A DNA stretch of 43,292 bases, the filler included, from Polymyxa betae A26-41 (Eukaryota; Protista; Endomyxa: Phytomyxea): NCBI GenBank assembly GCA_003693705.1. It is 2 parts of 2 records of this genome, joined end to end, with 100 filler letters (N's around TTAATTAATTAA, not from the genome) between each part and the next. Parts side by side here need not be neighbours in the genome. Positions count along the whole stretch, not along the records: positions 1 to 20,915 come from RBZT01000686.1; 1 more part is not named here. The stretch is one strand, 5' to 3'. Within the stretch, counting starts at the first letter, position 1, and each line of letters opens with the position of its first letter. Under the pieces are notes generated by a model that was given only the letters and a program-made list of their open reading frames with translations, searched no databases and was not told the origin of the DNA. The translations under genes were made by a program, and so were the position numbers. Below, piece by piece: positions 1-12,053 of this stretch.

Positions 1-429
1 GGTGAGCTGCTGCATTCGATGATCTGGTTTCCACCATGTTGGTTGCTGGTCGTGAGCAACTGGGACTCTTAATCTGCTAGACGGAGTCGAGTTTGGAATT
101 GGGAGAGTTTAGAAGAAGTGAAGTATTTATCATAATATTGAGATATATCAAGGTTGTCAAGGGCGTGTGCCCTTTGGTACGGTCATCAACAGTGTCGTGG
201 CGTATCTTCCTTGACATGGCGTGTTAGCAGATGAGCGCTATTAGATCAATCTCGAGATATCGATAGCGTTGACTCACGCTAATTCAACCGGAAGCATTGC
301 CTTCCGCTTGCATACTAAGAAATAAAACACTTCTTCAAACACATTCCAGTTCAAAACCCTCTCCCGTCTAACATGGCGTTCATGAGTTTTCGATTTTGAA
401 AGTTCTGTATTCGTGAAATGATGAATGCG

Positions 430-1678
430 GATGTGAATTTTTGGCATTAAGGAAAGTGGATCACAAGTTTTTTAGAACACAGATTCGACTTCGGCTTCTA
501 TCATCCAGTCCAGCTAAGAAATATATACCTATTCTGTGATTTCGGTACTGTTTTCTGCTCAAATCGTAAATGCATTAAAATGCTGAAAATGAATTCAACG
601 AGTCTCGCTGCTCCCAGATAACTAACGGTTTGAAGGAAATCCAGATTCTCAAACAAATGCTTTTCGTAGACCTGATCCTGATTACAAGCCACGGAAATAT
701 CTGGATGCTGAATTCTGATGACTCGTTTCCTGTGGTAAAGAACCCAGAGCGAATACCCAGCTTGCACGAATGAATGAGTTCATAAAAAAAACCTTGAAGA
801 TCAACCTGGGAAAACGCCATGCTCGCATTCGTAACAAACTGTTAAAAAGACGGCTGATTCAGAAACTGTTCGACCCATAATTGGGGTATCCCGCTACTTA
901 TCGATTAATGACCATTCCGTCTTCTCAGAGGCTTTTGTAGCGGATTTTATCGTATCCAGATGGATTTTGCACGCCCAAAGTGAAACAATTGTGCCATGAC
1001 CTCTCTCGCAGGGCGAAGAACCAATCTGTAACAAGCATTGTGTCCTTGGTATGTCCTGATAAGGAGATTATGACGCCAGCCACCGGATCCCAAAAGCATT
1101 CGCGTACTGTATGTGAAAGACCCATGCGTATGGAATCGGATGAATTTCCGGATACTGAACCAAAGTGGGCAAAAAATTCAAGCCTTTCAAAGGAGCAACG
1201 AACTTCAATTCGAATCAAATTACCTAAAGATATACGGGAAGATATCTTTTCTCACCAATTTTCATGCAAGCCTGAGGAATTTACTGAAGTTCTTGGACCA
1301 ACTGTTACCTCGAGGTAGACAGGTATACGATGCCAGTGACCTGATGAGGACTGCAACCTAGTGGCCTGCATAAGAATCCCTGATATTGCTGTTATATAAT
1401 CAGCTGAGGCGGAAGTTGTCTCTTTGAATACAAGCGGGTTTGTCACATGGCAGATCGTCCTACCATCGCTAAGGATCTGTTCACCCTTAATAACTTGAAA
1501 TCAATAAGCCCTGAGAAGGGGTGAACCCATCCCCGATGTCCGCGTCATCGATCATCTGTGGAATTGCGACACCGATGGTATCGTAAAAAGCGTCGCCACT
1601 GGGTGTCCAGTCGCCTTCATGGGTATCGACGCGGTTGTCCTGTGGAACGTGTCCAGGCGACATGATCGACTGGGCCAT
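430..1678 (-). CDS. Multi-exon hypothetical protein (boundaries uncertain)
   Basis: ATG at 1678 (MAQSIMSPGH...), followed by a chain of same-strand ORF pieces (1487-1678, 1252-1446, 925-1218, 575-820, 501-767) separated by plausible GT..AG introns. No family recognised; weak SPRY-like 'VYLEVTV...IRMGLS' only. Confidence 0.35.
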
Positions 1679-1793
1679 GGTGTGCTCCCAGTCGACCCTA
1701 GGGTTCTCTGATTATTTAAGCGTCGCCAGCCTTAGAGTTTTGATCATTCTACAGTTGGAGTGTTTGCGTTTGCATCAAGTTTGATCAACCAAG

Positions 1794-2864
1794 ATGTTCA
1801 ATTTGAGCTTTCTGCTGGCTGCCGTAACGCTTGCCGCAATTGTCCTAGGGCATGTCGATGACTGCAATAAGGGTGTAAGCATTAAGATACTGATGAAGTA
1901 TGAGAGGCCTGATATATACTTATAGAATGAATGCAAGCCTTACAATCCATGTATTCCCGGGCCGTGTGATTATGAGCCGCCTAATGAGGACTATCGGCCG
2001 GCTGACGAATGCCCCAAGAAGAAATATGAGAAGCACCCGAAAGGTATCTACAAAGAAGTGAAGGTCAAATACTTCCAGGAATCCGATAAGAGTAAGAAAT
2101 CATGTCCTTCATCCTCATCGTCATCCTCTTCCTCCTCATCGTCCTCATCGTCGTCCTCCTCAAGCAATCGACATAAACGCCGGCATCATCGGCGCCATCA
2201 CGTGAGAAAGCACAAGCGCAGTCATCATCGATCAGATTCTTCCTCTTCGTCCTCATCGTCCAGCGACAGCGACCGTAACCGTCGTAGACATCGTATGAAA
2301 CGTCGACATCACCGAAGGCATCGATCTTTGTCGAGTGACGAGGATCGTCGACGTCAACAAAACAGACGCCATAGACGTGATAGGTCCAAATCCCCTTCGT
2401 CGTCGTTTTCTTCAACCGACGATGAGCGACGACACCATCGAGGAAAGCACCACCACAAGAAGCACCATAACGATCGCTCATTCTCCTCTTCATCCGATTC
2501 CTCTTCAGATCGCGAAAATCGCCGACGTCATCACCATAATAATGATCATCACAAGAAGCACCATAACGATCGCTCATTCTCATCCGATTCCGATCGCGAA
2601 AATCGCAGACGTCGTCACCATAATAATGATCATCACAAGAAGCACCATAACGATCGCTCATTCTCATCCGATTCCGATCGCGAAAATCGCAGACGTCGTC
2701 ACCATAAAAAGGATCATCACAAGAAGCACCATAACGATCGCTCATTACCTTCATCCAATGACTCTGATAATGATCGCAAACACCACAAACGTCATCATGA
2801 GAAGAAGCGACGCGACCTGAAAGCATTTTTTCAAAAGAAGAACAATCCTTACAAATACGACTGA
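1794..2864 (+). CDS. Secreted His/Ser/Arg/Asp-rich low-complexity protein (~339 aa, 2 exons)
   Basis: ATG 1794 gives a hydrophobic signal peptide MFNLSFLLAAVTLAAIVLG. Intron 1875-1925 (GTAAGC..TATAG, 51 nt). Exon 2 from 1926 is in frame with ORF 2058-2864: Cys/Pro-rich segment, then poly-Ser runs alternating with RH/KH-rich blocks. Confidence 0.85.
2448..2752 (+). repeat. Coding tandem repeat, ~84-bp unit (DHHKKHHNDRSFSSDSDRENRRRRHHNN), ~3.5 copies
   Basis: Near-identical recurrences of cacaagaagcaccataacgatcgctcatt and gatcgcgaaaatcgc. Confidence 0.9.
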
Positions 2865-3254
2865 GAGTAGTGACAGTATTATCCCACTTCCTGTATATGG
2901 ATTTGGATGTCGTAATAGCTTCAGTTTCATAATAAAAATATCCAATGTTTCGAGCTAAGACGAGTTTGTGGTAATGACAGTATGAAATTTCTTTGAAACA
3001 AGATTTGAATGTGTTGGAGCTCAGAAAACGACGCCAAGAACAAGCGGTCTAAGATGAGATCCAGCAGAAAACCTATACAGGCCGAATACTATAAATAGTC
3101 GAAGCTTTGCAGGAAAGATGACAATGAAACCAGATAGCGCCGTGAGCACAATTAAAAGCAAGCACTACAAGAACATCATAACCAGGAATCGCCAAAAAAA
3201 ATGTGTCCAGAAGCTTTACAGAAATGGTATTATAATCCAATTCGAAACAACGAC

Positions 3255-5908
3255 TTATGATGAGTGTTCCGAATCTTGATGACCTAAGATTCGGTGCTCT
3301 TTCCATTTATGGCAATAAACGTAATCCTGATATTGAGTTCAATGATAAAAAGTTGATTTAAGATTAGGAAACGTTAACCAAAAGCAGGCCTAGAACTCTA
3401 AAAAAAGATAGAGCCAAAAAATTACCGTATGGACATGGGCAATTTCAACGTTGGGAAGCCCTTCAAATTTGATTTGGAGACTTTCACCGATGTCGTGACT
3501 TTCCCTCAGTTGCATCTCTTCAGGAAGCCCAATATGAACTTCCACCTGCACAAACCTATTTATCTGAGAGAATCGAACTCGAATTGCTCTTACCATAAAA
3601 TTTTCCCCAAAGTGTACGGCTTTGACATCGTCGATGTATTGAATACGAGAATCATGGCGAAGAGTGAGATAAATTAGCTGTCGAATAAACCGCTGACCAG
3701 CGCTCTTCCCAACTGCCGTGGATTGTCATTTTTTTCGAGATTAGAAGGTCAAGCAAGATTACCAAGCTGTTGAATGTGCATACGAGCATCCGCAATCCAT
3801 TTCACAGCAACATAAACAGATAATAGTACAGCAACGCTAGGATCCAAAAACCTGCAATTTTCAATTACGACGGAGGAAAGTAGCAAGGATTGAATCATAT
3901 TGCGGATAGCCGTAAATTCAAGACCATAAATAATCCAACGCATTCCCGACAGCGAATTGGAATGAGTTGCGAAAAGACGTAAAAATTGAAATAGCCCAGG
4001 AGGATAACGGGAAAAGAGATAAACCGAACCCATAAAAATTTTGCTACCAAAGATCAGATTTGGAGAAGGAAGAGAGAATTGCAGCAGCGAAAGTACCAGT
4101 ATAAGTAACTGCATATTCGATCAGTAGTACAATAATGCATTCAAATATACATACAGAGATCGTAGCGTTGTTCTTTGGCCACGGTAAGACAGGTCGAGGC
4201 ACCGATAGTAGCCTTAGACGCCACCAATTTACAATACGAGATGACAGTCAGCTTGACAAGAAGATTCACGCCATACATTAGCAGCAGTATTGATACTTGA
4301 ACATGATCCTCTAACAGCACTCATAAAAGATTATTAAACAGGTAGTTTAAAAAAAGGTTAGATGACTCAGAAACCAAAGGGCATTGTTAGACAAGAACGT
4401 ACCATGAGGTCCTGGAGCTCCAGGCCCGAGAGCCAACCTTTCAACTGATTCACCGACAATAGTTAATGACGCCATTCCCATAATAACTGGAAGATAGTCA
4501 ATTGAAGAAACACAAAGCTAAAAGTGATAAATATCAAAAGTGGAATGACAAAGAGCAGAAACGCATATTTACAAACTGACCTGCAAATACAAGGATTCCA
4601 ATAGGCTCCAAGCGGGTTCTTCCATATGGATAATTGTATGGGTCTGGACGACGTCGAATAGCTGTTGCTCCATAGAGCATACCCGATGTGATTAGATCCA
4701 GAAATGTATCAACCGTCGATGTTGCAACCGAAAGCGAACCGGTTTTCAATGCCAACCAACCGTTCATTCTGAAAACAGTGATGGGCGTGAGAAGAAATGG
4801 CAGTGTGACAAAAGGGTTGAAGAAGCAAACCCAAGAAGTTTAAAAGTGTAGGCAGAAAAAACAATCACAGGAGCTGAGATGAACACCAAGAGGAAAGTGG
4901 AAAGAGAGTAGAAATTGACATTACAATGCAAGGAAGAGATTTAAACAGGTGCAGGATATAACAGCATAGAAAACCTGGCCATTCCAAAAACTCTTCGATC
5001 TGCGAGCTCTTGTTGGACTAATTGATTCTACATGAAGTTCACATACAAAAAATATCACCGATGGGTAAATCTCACCATCATCACTATCAGTAGGGATCCT
5101 TAGAATCGCGTTATGATAATGAAACGCATCTATCACATCACTTTTGTTGTCGCGAATCTACAGAACAGTCATAAAGAGCACACAAAATCCAGCGAAATGG
5201 AGAAACACTTGAAAGCCACTGAAAACTTCTGCAGAGTTTCATCCATAGCAACAAGTGGCATAATACAAAATACGAGAAACAGACATCGAATTTGATAATA
5301 AAAAGAGGCAACAAAGATACTGACATCTGCAGTGATACTATGCATATACTGTTCCATACGAATTAGGTCGTCAATTAGGGCATTCTGTTCGCAGTAGAAC
5401 TTGGAGAGATGTTTGGGCATTTCGTATCTCTTGCTAGAGGGAACCCTCAAGTTCAGCAGCTCTAAGAAGGTGTAAGTGATGCAAAAACTATGAACATTAG
5501 GTCCCAGCTTGCCTGTTGCTGTTGGATACTTCATAGTACCATCATGCGACCTGTAAAACTCGCCTCCGTATCCCTGTAAATGCATGCATTAATATGAGCA
5601 AGAGCAACGGCCGTAGGGATTCAATAAACAACTTCTGAAGAAACCCCCATTCGAGTCACACAGATTTGTTATCAAAATAATAACGCATCGTACTGTGCAG
5701 TAGCTATGTCATGACATTTGAAAGCGAAATTGTTGTGCAATCCAATGAAAGAAATTTGCAGGCAAGCCAGAAAACAACAACAGCGAGGGCCAAATGCCCC
5801 AAGACATCGACTACGAACCTGCCGATCCAAGACCTTGCCTGCAGGCAACTCCTTCGAGTTCCGAACTAACAGACTGCATTCCAGATGTCGAATGCCGGCG
5901 TAATCCAT
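3255..5908 (-). CDS. Cation diffusion facilitator, Mn-CDF/MTP8-11-like metal tolerance protein (multi-exon)
   Basis: Exon translations: FYCEQNALID; TGSLSVATSTVDTFLDLITSGML...PYNYPYGRTRLEPIGILVFA; LDPSVAVLLSVYV; VEVHIGLPEEMQLRESHDIGESLQIKFEGLPNVEIAHVHT|DYVYCHKWKEH, stop at 3255-3257. DxxxD in TM2 and these motifs are typical of Mn-CDFs. Start at 5908 is tentative. Confidence 0.88.
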
Positions 5909-6289
5909 GGCGAATGTCGCCTATGTGTATGGAACTGGGATTATTAACAGAAGTGATGAGATAATACTCCCCGGTCTGAGTGTATCATCATGAGACATTC
6001 CGCTAATCAGGATCCGTCTCACCCTCGCAGATTAATTCCATCTTTATCCTACTACAAAATCACAAGGCGCCAGGCATCACTTGGCAAAGGTGAAATGAAA
6101 TGTTGCCTGCAGCGCGAGTTTACAGAAATTCACTGATCACGTGTGTTGGATATTCGGTGCATTTTCCATTTATAGATAAATAAACATTGTCCTAGTACGA
6201 ACTGATTTGATTGATGAAGAAAGACGTTTAACACGATGATAAATATTAATCCATGATAAACAACAGACAAATCGGATTAATAAAAGGCA

Positions 6290-7400
6290 AATTACTGCAA
6301 GAACATGGGGCGATTACCACGCTTGAAAGGCCTTTAGACTTGATCTGAAAGCTTTCGGGAAAATCATGGCTGGGTTTGAGCCGCATTCCCCCAAAAAGTC
6401 CATTATGAACTTCAACCTAAGCGAGCCATTTGATCGATGAGCGAAATACCAAAAAAAGCATACTTCTCGCACCATGAAATGTTGTCCAAAGTGGACGACA
6501 ATGTCGTCATCTAAAGCTCTAATTGGATCATCATGGGCTCAAGGCGAAGTGTAAGATAAATCAGCGGTCGATGAATTACTGGCTGGCGGTTTTACCCATT
6601 TTATCGACTATATGAAGAACGATCAATTTGAAGAGACCTCTAAAGTATAACCAAATTGTTGGCTGTGTAATCGTGCATCACCAATCCATTCCAGATCGAT
6701 TGATACTAATACTGAAGTTTGCTTCGCTAGGACACACAGAAATAAGTAGTAAGCAAATAATGAGAATTGATATACCAATGTGCATATGAAGATTCTGAAA
6801 CCGGAAACAAAAACCGTCCAAAAGCGAAAGAAATCGAGTAGAAATACCAAAGCTCTGATTTCATGATTGATGATGAAAATGTGAGCAGCGAATGTGCTCG
6901 TATAAGTCACAACATAGATCAATATGACATACAAAGATCGTAACTCTGATCTTTGAAAACAGTAAGGCCAGTGGATTCACAAATAGTAGCTCTTCATAGT
7001 AATATTCTGCAATACACAATTGCAAATCAGCATCCCCATAAGGTTGACGGCATACGTTATAGCCTGTATGGATCAAAGATCTTGAAACATTAACGACAAT
7101 ATATTATTATTTAACAATTGGAAATCCTCAGTCTGAATAATCTCGAAACACAAAGAAACATTTGCAAACGTAGCTGTCTGTGAAATCGGCCTGAAAGTAA
7201 TTGATATGAATGAGACCAATTGAGGGCTTAAACAAGGATGTCAATGGGCTCTAGACAATTTAGTTTAAATGATGGATTGCAACTATTGGTCGTAAATAGC
7301 TGCAATCCCATTTAACACAACAGATGTGATTAAATCCAGGAACGTATTTGATGTCGCAACCGAAAGCGATCCAGTAAAACGCCAGTTAAGGCGTTAATAC
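6290..7400 (-). pseudogene. Degenerate tandem duplicate of the Mn-CDF gene
   Basis: Minus strand reads TGSLSVATSNTFLDLITS (~7320-7375), LEPIDILV* (~7228-7255) and GMRLKPSHDFPESFQIKSKGLSSVVIAHVL (~6300-6390). These match the neighbouring CDF but carry a deletion, a stop and loss of conserved residues. Confidence 0.75.
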
Positions 7401-7901
7401 ACCAAAAAATCAATGAATTATTTGCAGCATTATTTAAACGCAAAACAAGACGACTACAGAAATGATAGTGTTGGCCATGTTTACGTAAGCGTATTAAAGT
7501 TTACCGGATTTCAACGAAACCGAAACCGAGAGAACCAGAAAGATGGAGCAAAAGACAGACAATTCAGCAATAGGATGTCTATTACATGGCAACTAGGCTT
7601 GAAATTTTGAACTTTCTCTCAATTCAAATTTCTTTGTAATTTCGTTCACCTTTCTTTACTTTATTCGTAATTTACATAAATCCGCTACGACATGTTGAAC
7701 TGTACTCAGATCTAAAATTTCATATTTTGAAGGATTACGTAAATACCTACTGACTCAATCTGTCATTTACGGAAATGTGCGAGTGTTGAAACTGCGTGAG
7801 CGGCCTCGTCTCTCGTGGAAGAAATAGATCGTCCCTTTTAATATAATCATCCCGAGGTAGAACTTATCATAACGCATCTGGCGATTGTTCATGGATTCTT
7901 C

Positions 7902-10189
7902 ATGGACGATGACGATCTGACGCGTTTGGAATCGCTCCTTAACCGAAATCGAAGTGCTCAGACTCTAATTCGACGACAGCTACAACTGGTAGATGACCGG
8001 TTGAGGCGTATCGAGCAGTTGCGAAAGGCCCAGTTTCTTGATCGCCAGGTGCTCAGTAATCAAGTGATCTTCTCTCAGGATCCTCTCAAGGTTTATTCTG
8101 CAAACCCTCATCACTCTCATCTGTTTAATGCCTGCATTCAGGATGATCATGGACATTTCCCATCGAAGTCAAAAGAAGCGAAAAGCTTTGAAGTATACAT
8201 TGTTTCAATTTTGAACGTCTGAGAAAGTCGACCTAGTTATCTTCACCTTTTAAACTTGTTTTACTGTTTCAGTTATTCCTTACAGATTATCTTGTCGACG
8301 ATTCCATTCCGTCACCAACCTGCTCTCTGGTCTGCTGAAGAGCGTATCAACCTTCGCAATGGCGTTATCCATCAGAATCGGTACGTGTTTTTGCAATGGC
8401 TTTGATGGTGCTCTGACATTTTTAAAGAGTACTTTTAACTCGAGCCGTTCTGAAGGAAGCCGCCGAACTACCCTCTGGCCCTGAACGTACCGCCCTGACT
8501 AAAGCGAAGCTAGATACCATTCGTAATATGTCGCCCGAGCAGCTTTTGTTAAACACCAACAATTTTGATTGGAATAGTAAGCTGTCTTTCTATCGATTGG
8601 CTCAATGCTATTATTTTTGCCTTTGATATGTTTCTCTGGTCTGTTGCTCAAAGTTTGGTTTTACAGCTGTTTCAATTCCTGGTTTTTCTGACACATTCGC
8701 TTCAGCTGCTATCGTATCCTAATTACGATATTGCATTGAAATCTTGCATTATAGTCGTAATATATCGTCTATATGTCAGCGTATCTTCTTTATTTCATTC
8801 ATTTTTGCTCAATTGCTCAAATATTTCCACCTGGGCCCAGATTTTCGCCTTTACCGCATTGTTTTCCTAGTTCATTGCTTATATGGATCAACTTAGGCAT
8901 CTCGTTGACGCATGTCAAAAATAAAAGCGGCTCCGACTGCCAGATTCAATGGATGTGCAACGATGATCCGCGAATAAACAGGAATAACGAATGGACCGAA
9001 GAAGAGGACCAGGCGCTGCTGGAGCTACATGATCAACAGTATCATGGTTTCGAGTGGGTCAGGACTGCCAGGTTGGTGATATTTTATGCTAATTTGAGAT
9101 TTAATGCATTTTTCGTTGCCGAGCTCACCTGTTTGAAATTTGTTACTGTACGTTTTCTTTCAATCAATTATCTATTGACGTATTGTAGTGATCTTGGTAC
9201 CCGTCGTACGGCCATGCAGTGCTTCCAACGCTACAGATTCCTTCAATCCAAGCAGCAAGGCGATTCTTGGACCGAAGAGCAGGATCGGGTTCTGAAAAGT
9301 CTAGTTGAAAAATTCGGGACGTCATATTGGTCTCATGGTCAGCTTCGTGAATCAAAGCTATCAGCATCTGAATTCCCTCTGTTGTTTAGTCGCTCTCTTT
9401 TTTCCCAATCGAACGAAGTATCAATGTTCAAATCGCTATGGGAACAGCGTTCAAGATTGGATTCGTGGTGGTAAATGGAGCGCCGAAGAAAGTCGCCGAC
9501 TTGTCTTGGCTTTTGAGGCTTATGGGCCGAAATGGTCTCGGATCGCCCAACATGTAGCCTAGACGATTATCTATTCGTCCTGATTTTCTATCAAGCCTTG
9601 CTCGGATCTCTGTTATTCCTGCTGTGACACGTTTCATTATTTGCTTTATGTTTGTTCGAGATTTATTTTTCTCATTGCGTCTAAATGTAGGTGCCTGGAA
9701 GGACCCAGACCAAATGTCGCGAGCGTTATTTTAACGAATTTGATAATGGAGCTGCGAAACGGTTTGATGCTCTAAAATGTTTTTCTTCAATTTTAATGAC
9801 TCGAGTTGCAGACAACGGTTTACACCGTTAGAAGACTCGGCTTTAGTAAAAGCTGTTGAGCAATTTGGTGAAGGCAATTGGTCACTGATCGCCGCTCATC
9901 TCAAGGGTCGCTCCGATTCACAGGTTTTCTAGTTTGGTTCCTCTTGTCTATAGATGAAAGCTTACAGTTTCATAGTACCGTAGACGATACGGTCGCATTA
10001 TCGCCAACAGAGCTAAGCAGAGCGTCCAACAAGCGGAACAGAGTACCGAACATCAAGATCAGGTACATGCTATAAACAGTTGCAATGTATATTTTGCTCA
10101 TGCTAATTTAATGTAAGGTTGTCGTTCCTAGGCGCAAGAAGCGAGCCAGAACTAGCAGCCTTCAAAATGTAAATACTGTACAACAATAA
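7902..10189 (+). CDS. SNAPC4: snRNA-activating protein complex subunit 4 (SNAP190)-like multi-repeat Myb protein
   Basis: N-terminal coiled coil, then WSAEERINLRNGV, FDWN..ISLTHVKNKSGSDCQIQW..DDPRINRNNEWTEEEDQALL, RTAMQCFQRY, WTEEQDRVLKSLVEKFG, RTKYQCSNRY..GKWSAEESRRL, RTQTKCRERY, FTPLEDSALVKAVEQFGEGNWSLIA. This is the 4.5-Myb-repeat layout of SNAPC4. Confidence 0.85.
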
Positions 10190-10446
10190 ACTTCATTCAC
10201 GATTTTGGGTTGAAACCGGTGATGTGTCTGACAAATCCTTTTGATTCCCTCTCGAACAACAAAGTGAAAGATAGAAACGACGTGTTTCTGACCGTACTTT
10301 GACAATTGACCGTTTCTGGACTGCCCGTGGCCTTTCAGTACTTCGTTCGGCCCCGTCGCTCAGTCACGCAATCCGTGGTGGACATCCATGAAGTCCCCTC
10401 TGTCAGGGCTGCCACTCTCTTCTCCTTCATCCTTATTCGCTAATTC

Positions 10447-10842
10447 ATGGTGTTCTCATACAATATGAAAACCATCAGTTGCTTCTTGCTTCTAGCTTTG
10501 CTGTCAAGCGTCTACGCCTTCGATGAATACATCGATAGCGCCGCTGCATCTCTGTGTCCAAGTGGAATGTCACCTCGAACTCCAACCTGTCTACGCCTGT
10601 CTAAGTCCGGACCCACTATTCGCCCTTCGCCTGCTTTCAAACATTTGAGCAGCCAAGTTGAAGAAGGCCCTAATTCTCGCGATTCTGCTTCCAAAAACGT
10701 GCTGTCCACAAAGAAGCCCACCTTTGGACTTGAATCGAAGATGGAACAACACCGAATGATGTTCTTGCCTTCTGATCCGGTCCCGTTTATCCTTCCAGCT
10801 CGCAAGTTGCCTTCGAAATCTCGCAGCAAGAACGTAGTGTAA
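10447..10842 (+). CDS. Small secreted protein, intronless (candidate effector)
   Basis: 131-aa ORF; from the second ATG it reads MKTISCFLLLALLSSVYA-FD (classical signal peptide). Mature part is basic and Ser/Pro-rich with 2 Cys. Confidence 0.65.
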   Translation: MVFSYNMKTISCFLLLALLSSVYAFDEYIDSAAASLCPSGMSPRTPTCLRLSKSGPTIRPSPAFKHLSSQVEEGPNSRDSASKNVLSTKKPTFGLESKMEQHRMMFLPSDPVPFILPARKLPSKSRSKNVV

Positions 10843-11310
10843 CGCTTGAGCTGTCTTCAAGTCATTGCATCGTTTTAAGGTTTCAGATATTGTATTTACT
10901 GTCATTTGTTTGTCTCCCAATATATCTTTATTTCAGGCAAGTTATTAAACTTTAGCAGCAAATGCGTGAAATGATATCCAAGCGCTCTGTGTATCGCCAA
11001 GAGATGGTGCCAGGAGTGTTGCTGCTTATCCTTGAGATGGCATCGTTCCGCTTCGTAACCTGTTGACAAACCATGAACGCTGAAGAAGCTTCTTGCTCAT
11101 GAGAGGATTGCTTTTCGAATGTGACATAGGAACGGGTCCGAATGATGTGATGACTTATCAACAATAGCCAGCTAGTACAACAGGTCGGTTTAGATGTCTC
11201 GAACTGGACTTCGACTAAGAGAGAAGCTCGCCATATCGCTTCTCTAACCGATAAGAGTGATAGGAAGCGATTGAAGCGATGAGGTTGAAACGGATCCTGT
11301 CAAAACTTGA

Positions 11311-11383
11311 ATATTGTTACATACTTGGATATCGTTACATGACTTGGATATCGTTACATGACTTGTAGTTCGTTACATAACTT
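11311..11383. repeat. Short minisatellite, ~19-bp unit (gatatcgttacatgacttg) x~4
   Basis: Direct tandem copies visible in the sequence. Confidence 0.8.
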
Positions 11384-12053
11384 TGTGTCAGAATCTCCAT
11401 TCATGCCATGACCCCTTCAGCCATCCCATTAGAGTAGCAGCGTCTTCCTGCACCCATAATGCTCGTTGAAATGATTTTAATACGATGCCGCTAAACGGCT
11501 GACAATGCTGTCGACATACAGAAATGGTTTAGGCTACCACGAATACTAACATCAGGATATGAGTTGAATTCGTTAGTTGCATCCGCCATCGCATTTGATG
11601 ATGACGAAGCGGGAGCTTCCCCATTCACTCAACTTGTACATTGTCGCAGGCAGCCCCGGAATTGATCCAAGCAACAGCCTGCATAACCTCATGCTTAAAA
11701 AACGAGAAGAGTCACTGCCCGAACTTCACAGGACATTGACAACTATATTGGCTCTCTGCATCTCAAGTGCCCATCTCCACCCTTTTCACTTCAAGTTTCT
11801 CAACTATCTTTGTCATCTTTATTTTGGTGCTCCAGTCGCTGCTTAAGCAACAAACATCTTCTGTTGTTACTGACTTCACAGAATGTGAGTTATTATCTAG
11901 AATGATAATCTTTTTAAAAATCGAGGGTTCCGTATGCGCTTGCAAACCAACGAATCGCCATTGAAAACAGAACAATCAGCGATGGATATTTTTTATATCA
12001 CGACCGAAAGATTTTCGCCTGTTGGTCACAAACGAGTTTTATAAACGTACTGA

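Noticed and set aside
1-220. Possible 5' end of a minus-strand gene (ATG ~219, MSRKIRHDTVDDR)
   Set aside because: Runs off the window and has no recognisable motif; cannot be supported.
2065-2826. Long overlapping ORFs 2065-2826(-) and 2335-2820(+)
   Set aside because: Shadow frames of the repetitive His/Ser-rich gene; low-complexity repeats lack stops by chance.
11311-11383. Repeated 19-mer resembling a CRISPR array
   Set aside because: Head-to-tail copies without unique spacers, no cas genes, eukaryotic context.
10950-12000. Short ORFs between the small secreted protein and the DM10 gene
   Set aside because: No consistent exon chain or family motif; no third DM10 recognisable.
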